Shown here: positions 1 to 9,313 of the stretch, piece after piece
How positions within the stretch are numbered: position 1 is the stretch's first letter
Layout: each line of letters opens with the position of its first letter
Assembly (NCBI GenBank): GCA_965228735.1
Contig: OZ245838.1
Location: 4,736,001 to 4,800,000, forward strand
Length of the DNA stretch: 64,000 nt
Reading direction: 5' to 3'
DNA from: Planctomycetota bacterium
GTDB taxonomy: Bacteria; Planctomycetota; UBA1135; UBA2386
The notes under the pieces: model-generated
Database searches by the model: none
What the model saw: only the letters and a program-made list of their open reading frames with translations
What the model was told of the DNA's origin: nothing
Position numbers and translations under genes: made by a program

Positions 1-733
1 CGGCGGTCATCTTGAGCCCGTAGCGATCTATCGGCTTACGCTCGCCGGCAGGCAGCGTGTCGTAGTTCTTCACGTGAAGCGCGCGGGCATCGCCCCTCCC
101 CGGGCTCACACCCGCCTGCACCGTCACGCGGACCTTCTCCGTCTTCTCGGCGCGCGCAGCGGCCTCCGCCGTCAAGCGCTCGAGCTGTTGGCGCAGGAAG
201 CGAGCTCTGGCCTGTTGCGGATCGTCGCCAGGCACGAAGCCCGGGTAGGTATTGAAGTCGATCTTGTCGATGTCAACGCCCGCGATTCCTAGCGCCTTTA
301 TCAGTGCTTCCAGCTGATCGTCGAGCTGGACGGCGTTGCTCACGGTCGCTGCCATGCGCTTCTCGATCGCTTTCAACGCGACCGGGTCCGTGAGGTCAAC
401 CTCGGCGAGATCGACGGCTTGCCGCTGCTTCTCCTGGTCCGCCCAGCTTTGCAGATAGGCGTTGATGGCCTGCCACTCGGGCGTCGCATCGGCCGCTGTC
501 ACCTCCTCCACCTTGAACGACACGATGACATCCGAGTTCGCGTCGATGACGTTCTTGCCATTGTTGACTGTCTTCAGCCAGTGCGAGCCATCGTGAGCGA
601 CCTCCTTGACTGAATACGAGACCCCTTCCACCGGCCGCAGGATGGTCTTGTCGCGCACGTTGGAACACGAGGTCCCCAGAACCACGATCGGCAGGACGCC
701 CATCGCGCCGAGCCCCGATGCGAAGCGTGTCAT
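1..733 (-). CDS. Putative lipoprotein, 3' end runs off the window
   Basis: Not in the ORF track. Hand translation from ATG 733 gives MTRFASGLGAMGVLPIVVLGTSC (lipobox-like Cys), and the frame stays open to base 1. The ATG overlaps the stop of 730..1077. Confidence 0.7.
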   Translation of the reverse strand, partial: MTRFASGLGAMGVLPIVVLGTSCSNVRDKTILRPVEGVSYSVKEVAHDGSHWLKTVNNGKNVIDANSDVIVSFKVEEVTAADATPEWQAINAYLQSWADQEKQRQAVDLAEVDLTDPVALKAIEKRMAATVSNAVQLDDQLEALIKALGIAGVDIDKIDFNTYPGFVPGDDPQQARARFLRQQLERLTAEAAARAEKTEKVRVTVQAGVSPGRGDARALHVKNYDTLPAGERKPIDRYGLKMTA

Positions 734-1077
734 GGTGCCTCGTTCTGCAGGAGTTCCGCGAAGATGCGGCGCATGGCTCTGGGGCTCTCGGCTTCCGAGA
801 GCTCGACGAGGCGGGTCGGCGTCCCGCCCAGCCCGAAAGCGACACCGACGGCAGCTCCGCTGACCCAACGGTCCAGCTTGGACACGTCGTTCGCGCGGTA
901 GATCCACAGCCGCGGCACGCCACCGCCCGTCCCGATCAGCACCTGCGCCGCTTGCCACGCCGTGCTCGACTCTTCTGCCGCGACGACGTAGCCGACATGA
1001 GAGGGATCACCTTCGAGCTTTTCTTGAACGTCGTCCGCCGTAACTGGCGGCAGATCTCCGACGTGTTCGGAAGCCAC
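730..1077 (-). CDS. Hypothetical protein (115 aa)
   Basis: AGGAG RBS before the GTG start; translationally coupled to the downstream lipoprotein. Confidence 0.65.
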   Translation of the reverse strand: MASEHVGDLPPVTADDVQEKLEGDPSHVGYVVAAEESSTAWQAAQVLIGTGGGVPRLWIYRANDVSKLDRWVSGAAVGVAFGLGGTPTRLVELSEAESPRAMRRIFAELLQNEAP

Positions 1078-1791
1078 TGCAACTCTCCTATCGTAACAGC
1101 GGGAGAATGCCCGCCATCGCTATCATAACCCCCGCACGACCGCCGCGTCAACGCGGCGGCTTCGTCATCAGCTCGTCGAGAACAGCGTCACGGTTGGCTC
1201 CGCGGAACGATGTCGCCGACTACGACTTCGTCACGATGGCAGACTTCATCGAGGAGTGCGACGTCGTAGGGTCGAATTGCGCAGAAACGGGCCCACCGGC
1301 CCGCAGCGAATGGCGTGCGACGCTCATGACTCTCCTAGGTTGTGACGACTCCGCGACGAACGCGGGCACCTCCCACGGTCGGAGAGGCTACACCGACCGG
1401 GGTCGCTGGGGGAACCCCCTCGCCAGGAAGAGGTCGCCTACGTGCCGACGAGCCGCTGAGCTGAGATCCACCCCGAGCCCACGATTGCCGCGGCAGCCCA
1501 GAATCCGAGTCCGTAGAGAAGCCCGTCGATCAGGCTGAGGCGGACTCTGTAGCCCACAGGTTGCTTCGTGTGTTGCATCGTTGCTCCCAGCATCCAGTGC
1601 TGTGGGAGGGGGATGCGCTGGCAGGGCTGCGGGGGCAGTTAAGTGTGCCGAGGGGAACTAGGGAAAAAAGGGGAAGAAGGAGAGTCGAGTTTTACGTCCC
1701 TCGAGAGGACAACCCCGGCACGTGTGTGCCCTTCAGCTAGGGCAGGCCTTCTCGGCGCGCAAGCCCCCGCCGCGCGTCGGAGCGCCGAGGC

Positions 1792-2142
1792 TCAGGCGAG
1801 CGCGTCCGCCACGATCGCATGCACGCGTTCCAGTGTCTTGCGCATCCGTTCCCGGTCGCGTTCGACCTGCTGCACTGCAACAAGCACGTTTGCCGTAGAG
1901 GTCGGTGACGTGACCTTCGAGCGTCGTGCCTTCGATCCCTTCGCTGCCTTCTTGCGCTTGCCGGCGCCGCGCACTTGGTAGACCAGCGGCAGCGAGCAGC
2001 CGACCTTCTTCGCGATGTCGACCGGCGCCACTCCGGTTTTCAGCAGCGCGCGGATCTGATCCGACTTCGAGTTCGGGTTTTTTGCCGCCGTCTTGCGTTG
2101 AGAGGTCTGCTTCTTCGCGGCCGTCTTCTTTCGTGTCGCCAT
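1792..2142 (-). CDS. Small Lys/Arg-rich HTH DNA-binding protein with C-terminal coiled coil (copy 1)
   Basis: HTH-like KSDQIRALLKTGVAPVDIAKKVGCSLPLVYQVR between basic tails; ORF conserved in copy 2. Confidence 0.8.
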   Translation of the reverse strand: MATRKKTAAKKQTSQRKTAAKNPNSKSDQIRALLKTGVAPVDIAKKVGCSLPLVYQVRGAGKRKKAAKGSKARRSKVTSPTSTANVLVAVQQVERDRERMRKTLERVHAIVADALA

Positions 2143-2379
2143 CGTAGTTGGATTCTTCGCGCGGGCTTGTGGCGGCGCGACAGTTCTGTTCGGAAATCGG
2201 TGACCGAAATCCGGAGAGTAGGTGCCTGCGATTCCGCTAACGCGGTCGCGAGGAGGCGCGGAGGCGGTGGGTTTTTCTGTGACCGTTTATGTCGGGGATG
2301 GAACGCCACTTCGGCCGCACGAGAAGTGGTTCTCGACGAGTGACTGTGAAACGCGCTTATGGAGCTGACGTAGTGGCTC

Positions 2380-2955
2380 GTGAACCCCTTCGAAGGAGCA
2401 GGCCCCCCAAGGATGAATCGAGGCGCAAACGTGCGTGCCCCTGGCACGTGCCCCCCGAGATCTGATGTCGGTGAGTCGTGGAATCGGCTTCACCGTCGAC
2501 TGCTGGCGGCACAACTACGGCGAACGTCTGATCCTAGGGTCGACGTGGAGAACGAAGTCGCCGAGACCGTTGCGGCGGCCTGGGGCCGTTTCGGTGACGA
2601 GCCGTGCGCCAGTGACGTGACCAGATGGTCGCGCAAGGTCTTATCGCGGCGCGTGCTGGCGGCGGACCGGGCACTCCGCGTTCGGGCCGTCACGGATCAC
2701 CGCGTCGAGCGCTGTCTGGGCATGGGGCCAACAGCTGAGCAGTTGGCCGAAGCTCGGGAGTGGATCGAGTCGGCACGAGCGATCCTCGCGGAGGGCGAGC
2801 GACACACCTTCGATCTGATGAGGCAGGGGGTTACCGCGAACTCCGAGCTCGCCCAGATCCAGCGGACGTCAGTGAGATGCGTGGAGAAGTCGAGGCTCAC
2901 GGTCCGGCGGTGCGTGGAGCAGTTGTCGGGCAGTTTTCCTGACTTGTGCGGGTGA
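2380..2955 (+). CDS. Degenerate ECF-type sigma-70 factor-like protein (copy 1)
   Basis: Region-2-like DVENEVAETVAAAW...W and region-4-like LAEGERHTFDLMRQGVTANSELAQIQRTSVRCVEKSR. Exact start uncertain. Confidence 0.6.
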   Translation: MNPFEGAGPPRMNRGANVRAPGTCPPRSDVGESWNRLHRRLLAAQLRRTSDPRVDVENEVAETVAAAWGRFGDEPCASDVTRWSRKVLSRRVLAADRALRVRAVTDHRVERCLGMGPTAEQLAEAREWIESARAILAEGERHTFDLMRQGVTANSELAQIQRTSVRCVEKSRLTVRRCVEQLSGSFPDLCG

Positions 2956-2982
2956 AGGGCGTCTCGGCCCTTTACCTAGTTG

Positions 2983-5900
2983 ATGACCACGAACCTGATC
3001 GCAGTTCGCTCGCCGTCGGCTCGCGTCGATTCCTGCTCAAGCAACGGGTCTGCCAGTCGCCGGGAATCTGCCCCGCTCTCAGGCTGGGCCCGACGCGCCG
3101 CGCTCTTCACGCTTGGGTGCATCCTGTTGGCGATCAGCGCCCCCGCTCAAGGCTTCTACATGGGTCAGGGCAATCGATGGGACCAAGGCACGTCCGCCTC
3201 GCAAGAGGCCCCCGACGAGACCGGCGCGGACGATCCCTGCCCGCCGAGCGGTGGCTCCACAGTCGACGTGAATGGCGATCCGGAGATCAATGATGGCCGA
3301 GAAGGCCGGACCATATTCGCGGGATCCGAACCGCAGTACGAACTCTACTTTCCGCGAATCCTCCCTGATGGGCCGGTCCATTTGGACGTGGTCGATCCGT
3401 GCCCTGGAGGTGGGGATGAGTGCCCCGGTGGTTGCGGAGCCTGTATCGAGGCGCCCGTTGGGGAAGCCGAGGGTGGCGCGCCTACGCCGACTTGGAGCCT
3501 CATGGTTCATGCGCCGGGAACCTCGAACCCCGCGAGCTCGCCGCACACGACCATCGGATACAAAGCGGCCGAAGGCGTATTCTATCATTTCCCGCATGAC
3601 GCAGGCGTGGCGCCGACCTCGTTTGAGCGGCGGTATGTGGATGGAACGGTCGAGAAGTTCGAACATGTTCACACATTCGGCAACGGCGACCGTCGCTTTC
3701 GACCGACCGAGCGTATCGACCCGTACGACAACCGCACCGTGTGGGAGTACAACGGCCCCGACGGCCGCGTGTCGCGTGTCTTCTTCCCGGACGGTGTCGA
3801 CCAGGTATGGGATTACTCGCCTAGCTGGATCGACGACCCCAACACGCAAGACGTCGAAGGCTGGTCGTCGGTGTATTACGCTGGCATCGAAGTGCGCTAC
3901 GTCGACCGGCTGAACGGCGACCAGGACCTCGGCCGAACAGAGTATCGCTTGTTCAAGAAGCGCACCGACGCGCAGGGCAACCTCGTTGGCAACACCCGCC
4001 CTTACGACGGGGATCCGTTGTATCGAATCTACCGACCGTCGGCAGAATCGCTCGACAGCCTTAGCGCCACTCAGCTGCTAGACGGCACCCTCTACGACGT
4101 TGCAACAGACGATGCTCGATACCCGGTCGTCGAGTTCGAGCACCTTTCGGGTGAAAGCTATATCACGAAGATCAGCCGCTTTACGGCCGATGGCGTGTTG
4201 CCGACCTCCAGCACGACTACGCCGCAGGAGATCGTGTCGTACACCTACGTCACGGTCGGTGCGCGCATGCGGGTGCTCAAGGAAACGCAGGCTCTCACAG
4301 GGCGCCAGTACGACTTTGTCTACGAGGTTGATGTCGACAGCAACAACCGGGTTCAGCGGGTGATACGAACCGACCACGATGGCGTTGAGGTGGATTGGAC
4401 GCTCGACGACTACAACCGTGTGCTGACGATCAAGACCACGCCCCCAAGCAGCAAGCTACCGCGCGCCTCGGACCCGGACAGTGGTGGATTCGATGCGCCG
4501 GCGAATATGACGCGGACGTTCACCTACTCGGGTTGTAGTCAGTGCAGCGGCAAACCATCGACCATCGAAGACCAGCCGAGCGGCCGACGTTGGGAATACG
4601 ACTATGACTTAGTGACCGGCCTGCTCGAGGAGAGTCGAGTCCCGGATCCTAGTGACGGAGTCGGTTTCGCAGTCACGAAGTTCACGTGGGTCCCCTCCAC
4701 TTCGGGCGACTTCTACGGCCAGTATCGACTGAGCAGCGTCGAGAGCGCCGACAACAAGATCACCACGTATGCCTACGTCGACACGGCACGCGTGGATGCG
4801 AGCTGGGGCGTCAAGGCGTCAGAGATGACTGTGAGCTCGCCGCCGACGACGATCGGTGGCACCACGGGCACTGTCGTGATCGAGCGTGAGACCAAGTTCA
4901 ACACCAGCTCTCCCCCGCTTGATCAAACGAATCAGCAGGAGGGACTCGTTGGCCAGGTGTCCGAGGAGACAGATGCGGACGGTGTTACGACTGCATTCAC
5001 CTATGATGCCCGCGGTCGACTGACGACCATCCAACGGCAGGGCGCGACGGAGACGGTTACTGCGACCACAGCCTTCAGTCTGCTCGGCGAGCTCTTGGAG
5101 ATGCGCCGTCGCGTTGGCTCGACGCTGCAGCTCGTGGAGAACTACACCTACGACGCCGCCGGGCAGCTGAAGACCAAGACATATACCGTCAACGGCCAAC
5201 CGCACGAGGAGCGTTTCTTCTACGACAGCTTCGGTAATCTCGTCGTGCACCAGACGAAGAACCGCACGCACGCCGGCCTCGCCCCGAACGACTTCGGGCC
5301 GTCGCCTCGGACCGACGCCGCGCGCGACTGGCTCCGCAACGAGTGGCACTACGAAGGCAACCGGCTGCGCGTGGCGTTCCTCGATCGGCGCGCGTTGGAT
5401 CGTGATGCGGATACACAGGATCCGGTCGCCGATGACCCCGACGCGAGGTTCGCGCGGGTGGACTACACCTGGAGCGCCGACGGTTGGCTGCTTCAGGTTG
5501 CGCACGCGAACGGGTCGGTGACGGCTCACGAATATGACGGTTATGGTGCGCTCTACCGGACCGATCGGCGTGACGGCGCAAGCTCCGTTAGTATGTTGGT
5601 GGGCAAGTTCTTCGTGAACGATGACCTGGAGGTCGTCAAGGAGTATCGGAGCACGGGCAGTGAAGACCTTGCGACGCTCCTGACTCGCAATGCGGCCGGC
5701 TTCGTCGAGGAGGTGCTCGAGCCCGAAGTCACGGCCCCAATCACGGGGATGGCCGTGCCCGCGTTCGCGAAGCGCGAGTTCGACTGGGACGTCATGGGCC
5801 GCCTGGTCGAAGAGCGAGTTCGTGATGGAGCGTCGCCGCATGCGCTGCGTGCAACCCGCTCGACGACCTATGACGAGATCGGTCGCCCTTACATCCGGAC

Positions 5901-8900
5901 GATTGTCGACCCCGGTGGAGCAACGCAGACGTTCACCACGCAGTGGACGGGTGGCGGCCAGCCGACGCTCACCACGGGGCCGGGCGGCCGAGCCGTGGAG
6001 CGGACGTTCGACGATCTTGGCCGGCTAAAGCGTATCTACCGCGGCGGTTCGGGAGCGAATCGCGACTTCGTGGAGTTCTTCTACGCGGCCGGGACGGACC
6101 TCGTCGACCGCACGGAACACAACGACTGGGACGACCTGAAGTCGGGCGGCGCCGGCCACGTTACGCGGCAGAAGGTCTACGAGCGCGACGCGCTCGGGCG
6201 CGTGTTGACCCTGCGAGATGGTCCGACTGGCAACTCGCTCGACCATGAGTTCGAGTATTACTCTACAGGCTTCACGGAGAGCTACACTGACCCCGCGGGC
6301 AAGGTCCATAAGTACCTCCCCGACGCCATGGGCCGCATTCGCGAGCATTCCCTCCCCGCGACGGTCGCCGCGCCGATTTGGAACGAGGTGCGCTATCTTG
6401 ACTGGACGGGCGGCTCGGACAGCTCCGAGGTCGTGCGCACCGATGGCCGCGGCCGCGTGACTCGCATCATCCGGGACTTTGCTGGTCGCGTCACTGTGGT
6501 GATGAATCCCGGGGCGTCCACCGAGCCAACTGCGGCGAGTCCGTCGCAGCCGTTCTCGCAGTTCTTCGAGTATGACGGCGCGTCGCGCGTGGTCGGTGTT
6601 CACCAGGGCGACGACGCGCACCTGCAGCTCGACCGCGACGGGATGGGGCGTCTGATCGTTCGCACGGTGACTGCCGGCGATTCGGATTACGTGTCGGCCT
6701 TCTACGGCCGGGACATCCTGGGGCGCGACGCGCTTGGGCAGGTCGTCCATAGCTACTCGCGCTTCGGCCTGAACGGCGTCGCCGGCCAGTATCTGGAGCA
6801 AGACTACGAGCGCGACGCTCTCGGGCGCACACACCGCGAATCGTTCCGCTACGAGGCGCCGCCCTGGGGCCCGAGCAACTGGGTCGACATCGAGAGCACG
6901 TTCTCGGGCGGCGACTGGTTCCGGACGGGCGTCGCCTACCGCAATAACCTCGGCAGCGGCACGGATGACCTCGAGCTCTACACCGCTCCAGACTCCGTCG
7001 GGCGACTCGCTACGTTGCAGTGGAGCTCGGACGGCGGCACCACAGTGAGGTCGCTCGCTGCCTACGTGCACCACGGCTGGCGGATCCGCCAGCGCACGAC
7101 GCACTGGGACGCCGGGACGAACGACAACTTCGACACGACCTACAGTTACGACGACTACGGTCGCATGGACGAGATCGAGCAATCGTTTAGCACAGGGGCG
7201 AACGACGCGGACGTCGCCTTCAGCTACGATGTCGCAAGCAACCTGATCAGCGAGGTCTACCAGAAGCAGGATGGCAGCGATGGCGACCGCTTTGAATACG
7301 ACGAGCACCACCGTCTCGTGGATGCGTGGCTCGGAGCTGACAGCACGGAGCTTGCCAATCCTGGGACTGGGACGTTCGTTCGTCGCCTGACCTACGGGTT
7401 GGACGCCGCGAACAACCGTTCGCAGGTCGACGACTACCTGAGCTCGCCCGGGACCACGACGACCACGACCTACGCCGTGGACGCGGACCCGCCGACGGTT
7501 TCGAACCCAGACAACCGCTACAACGCGGTCGGTGGCGTCACGTTCACCTACGACGAGCGTGGCAACACCACGTTCGACGGAAACCTCTACTACGTCTACG
7601 ACGCGCTGAATCGTCTGTCGGAGGTCTACCTCCTGGTCAGCGATGACACGACGGAGAGTTCGTCGGCAATGTCCGGAGGCTCGACGTCCCTGACCACCAT
7701 GTCGTCGTTGCGGCGACTGGAAGTGGCGTCGGGTCCATTCGTGATTCAGAACCAGCAGGTCCTGGCGGATGCTCGCGAGCGGATGCTGAGCGGTGTGCCT
7801 GGCGGTGCCGGCGGAATTCTGTGGCGGAGCCGTGAGCCGCTGTTCCGTGAGTATCTGAAGGAGTCGATTCCGTCGCAGGGCGCATGGCGCACGAGCGGGG
7901 GCTCGTCAACGACGTCGACCTCCAGCCTTGGCGGAGCCGAGTCCGCGACGCTCCATTTGGTCGCGGTCTACCAGTACGATCCCTCCAACCGCCGGGTTGC
8001 GCGGCTGCTGATGCCTTCACCGGATGGGGAGCCGGGTCAGTACTTCTTCTATGCCTGGGATGGCTGGCATGAAGCCGAGGAGCTGACGTCAAACCTGCAG
8101 AGCACGCAGGTCGTGCCCGAGCGCCAGTTCGCATGGGGCGAGCAGCTCGACGAACTGGTTGCGTATCGAATCCGGCAGTCGGGTTCGGGGTTTGCGGAGT
8201 ACTTTGTCGCGGAGGGTGGTGCGCACTGTCCTTCGCGGCTGCTCGATGACTCGGGGAGCGTCGTCGAAATCCAGGAGTATGGGCCTTACGGCGCGGTGTG
8301 GCACTTCTCGGGAGCGGGAGTGCCGAGGTCCGGATCAGATGCTACAGTCGGCAACGTCTTCGGATGGAAGATGATGCGGATCGATGGCGAGACAGGTCTC
8401 GGTTACAGGCGAAACAGATTCTACTCCACGAGTACGGGCCGATTCATGTCCGTCGACCCTTCCGGTATTTGGTGGGATGCTCACGGATTAGGTAATGGTT
8501 ATGTGTACGCGGGTAGCCGGCCGTTGACACATAACGATAGGATGGGATTGCAGGCGGATCCCGGTGCGCAACCGGACTTTCGATCCTTGCTCCTCGATCC
8601 ACTGCGAGACTCACTATCTGATGCCGCAAAACGGGAAGCGAAGGACAGTCTCTTGAAGCCAATCGGCGACCGCGACTACGGAGATGTGCGTTGGCCTGAC
8701 CTGGGGCGGATCCAGACGGACTTCAGCAGAAACTTGCGCCGTGCTCTGGAGGAGGCTGGCAGTGACTATAGGTGTCCCCCCTTTGGCAGTGATATCGGCG
8801 GGTATGATGACGATCCCTACGACCCCTGGGGGTCAAAGATCATTAGTGGAACGCTCGCGAAATGGCTTAGTGACTATCGCGGAGACTCTTGGAGGTTGAG

Positions 8901-9270
8901 AGGTTCATTGTATGGAGACCTAGTTCCCGGCGACGATTACCTCAGCGGTTTTGAGATGGGACTTGGCGCGGGGGTCATCATGGGGGGGAGGGCTGCTTTC
9001 GGGTATGGCGAAGCCGATGCGAGTTGGCTCGAGGGCGGTTCGTGGGCTGCCCTGGGCGCAGGTCTCGGCGCAGCCGCTGGTGGGATGCTCGGAGGCAGTG
9101 GAGCGCTAAGCGGCGCCGAACTGGAACTCTCAGTGACTCTAGGCGGCGGGAGTTTCGACCCTCTAAACCGCGGGAGTTTCAACCTTGAGGTCGAAGTTGG
9201 TTCAGACATCGGCTCCTTCCGTCCGGGATCTGCCGAGCAATACATTTGGGTAGGGTTCAGTATGAGATGA
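2983..9270 (+). CDS. RHS/YD-repeat polymorphic toxin 1, N-terminal signal peptide, Gly-rich tip of unknown activity
   Basis: Many YD repeats. Core RNRFYSTSTGRFMSVDP...PLTHNDRMGL; hydrophobic AALFTLGCILLAISAPAQ; tip ~8551-9270. Confidence 0.93.
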   Translation: MTTNLIAVRSPSARVDSCSSNGSASRRESAPLSGWARRAALFTLGCILLAISAPAQGFYMGQGNRWDQGTSASQEAPDETGADDPCPPSGGSTVDVNGDPEINDGREGRTIFAGSEPQYELYFPRILPDGPVHLDVVDPCPGGGDECPGGCGACIEAPVGEAEGGAPTPTWSLMVHAPGTSNPASSPHTTIGYKAAEGVFYHFPHDAGVAPTSFERRYVDGTVEKFEHVHTFGNGDRRFRPTERIDPYDNRTVWEYNGPDGRVSRVFFPDGVDQVWDYSPSWIDDPNTQDVEGWSSVYYAGIEVRYVDRLNGDQDLGRTEYRLFKKRTDAQGNLVGNTRPYDGDPLYRIYRPSAESLDSLSATQLLDGTLYDVATDDARYPVVEFEHLSGESYITKISRFTADGVLPTSSTTTPQEIVSYTYVTVGARMRVLKETQALTGRQYDFVYEVDVDSNNRVQRVIRTDHDGVEVDWTLDDYNRVLTIKTTPPSSKLPRASDPDSGGFDAPANMTRTFTYSGCSQCSGKPSTIEDQPSGRRWEYDYDLVTGLLEESRVPDPSDGVGFAVTKFTWVPSTSGDFYGQYRLSSVESADNKITTYAYVDTARVDASWGVKASEMTVSSPPTTIGGTTGTVVIERETKFNTSSPPLDQTNQQEGLVGQVSEETDADGVTTAFTYDARGRLTTIQRQGATETVTATTAFSLLGELLEMRRRVGSTLQLVENYTYDAAGQLKTKTYTVNGQPHEERFFYDSFGNLVVHQTKNRTHAGLAPNDFGPSPRTDAARDWLRNEWHYEGNRLRVAFLDRRALDRDADTQDPVADDPDARFARVDYTWSADGWLLQVAHANGSVTAHEYDGYGALYRTDRRDGASSVSMLVGKFFVNDDLEVVKEYRSTGSEDLATLLTRNAAGFVEEVLEPEVTAPITGMAVPAFAKREFDWDVMGRLVEERVRDGASPHALRATRSTTYDEIGRPYIRTIVDPGGATQTFTTQWTGGGQPTLTTGPGGRAVERTFDDLGRLKRIYRGGSGANRDFVEFFYAAGTDLVDRTEHNDWDDLKSGGAGHVTRQKVYERDALGRVLTLRDGPTGNSLDHEFEYYSTGFTESYTDPAGKVHKYLPDAMGRIREHSLPATVAAPIWNEVRYLDWTGGSDSSEVVRTDGRGRVTRIIRDFAGRVTVVMNPGASTEPTAASPSQPFSQFFEYDGASRVVGVHQGDDAHLQLDRDGMGRLIVRTVTAGDSDYVSAFYGRDILGRDALGQVVHSYSRFGLNGVAGQYLEQDYERDALGRTHRESFRYEAPPWGPSNWVDIESTFSGGDWFRTGVAYRNNLGSGTDDLELYTAPDSVGRLATLQWSSDGGTTVRSLAAYVHHGWRIRQRTTHWDAGTNDNFDTTYSYDDYGRMDEIEQSFSTGANDADVAFSYDVASNLISEVYQKQDGSDGDRFEYDEHHRLVDAWLGADSTELANPGTGTFVRRLTYGLDAANNRSQVDDYLSSPGTTTTTTYAVDADPPTVSNPDNRYNAVGGVTFTYDERGNTTFDGNLYYVYDALNRLSEVYLLVSDDTTESSSAMSGGSTSLTTMSSLRRLEVASGPFVIQNQQVLADARERMLSGVPGGAGGILWRSREPLFREYLKESIPSQGAWRTSGGSSTTSTSSLGGAESATLHLVAVYQYDPSNRRVARLLMPSPDGEPGQYFFYAWDGWHEAEELTSNLQSTQVVPERQFAWGEQLDELVAYRIRQSGSGFAEYFVAEGGAHCPSRLLDDSGSVVEIQEYGPYGAVWHFSGAGVPRSGSDATVGNVFGWKMMRIDGETGLGYRRNRFYSTSTGRFMSVDPSGIWWDAHGLGNGYVYAGSRPLTHNDRMGLQADPGAQPDFRSLLLDPLRDSLSDAAKREAKDSLLKPIGDRDYGDVRWPDLGRIQTDFSRNLRRALEEAGSDYRCPPFGSDIGGYDDDPYDPWGSKIISGTLAKWLSDYRGDSWRLRGSLYGDLVPGDDYLSGFEMGLGAGVIMGGRAAFGYGEADASWLEGGSWAALGAGLGAAAGGMLGGSGALSGAELELSVTLGGGSFDPLNRGSFNLEVEVGSDIGSFRPGSAEQYIWVGFSMR

Positions 9271-9313
9271 GTTTTCGTTTGCGTTCCGATAGAGAAGTTC
9301 CGAGGATTACAAT

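Larger units (their letters stand above)
1282..2995. repeat. ~1.7-kb cassette, copy 1 (copy 2 at 39670-41380)
   Basis: Aligns by eye with 39670-41380 at offset ~38386, with scattered substitutions and small indels. Identity ends at the RHS start codon. Confidence 0.95.

Noticed and set aside
1282..2995. Duplicated cassette as an assembly artefact
   Set aside because: The copies differ by many scattered substitutions and indels and have different flanks.
3079..8304. Long antisense or alternate-frame ORFs in RHS1 (likewise in the transposase, MTase and helicases)
   Set aside because: Shadow ORFs expected in high-GC coding DNA; no recognisable motifs.
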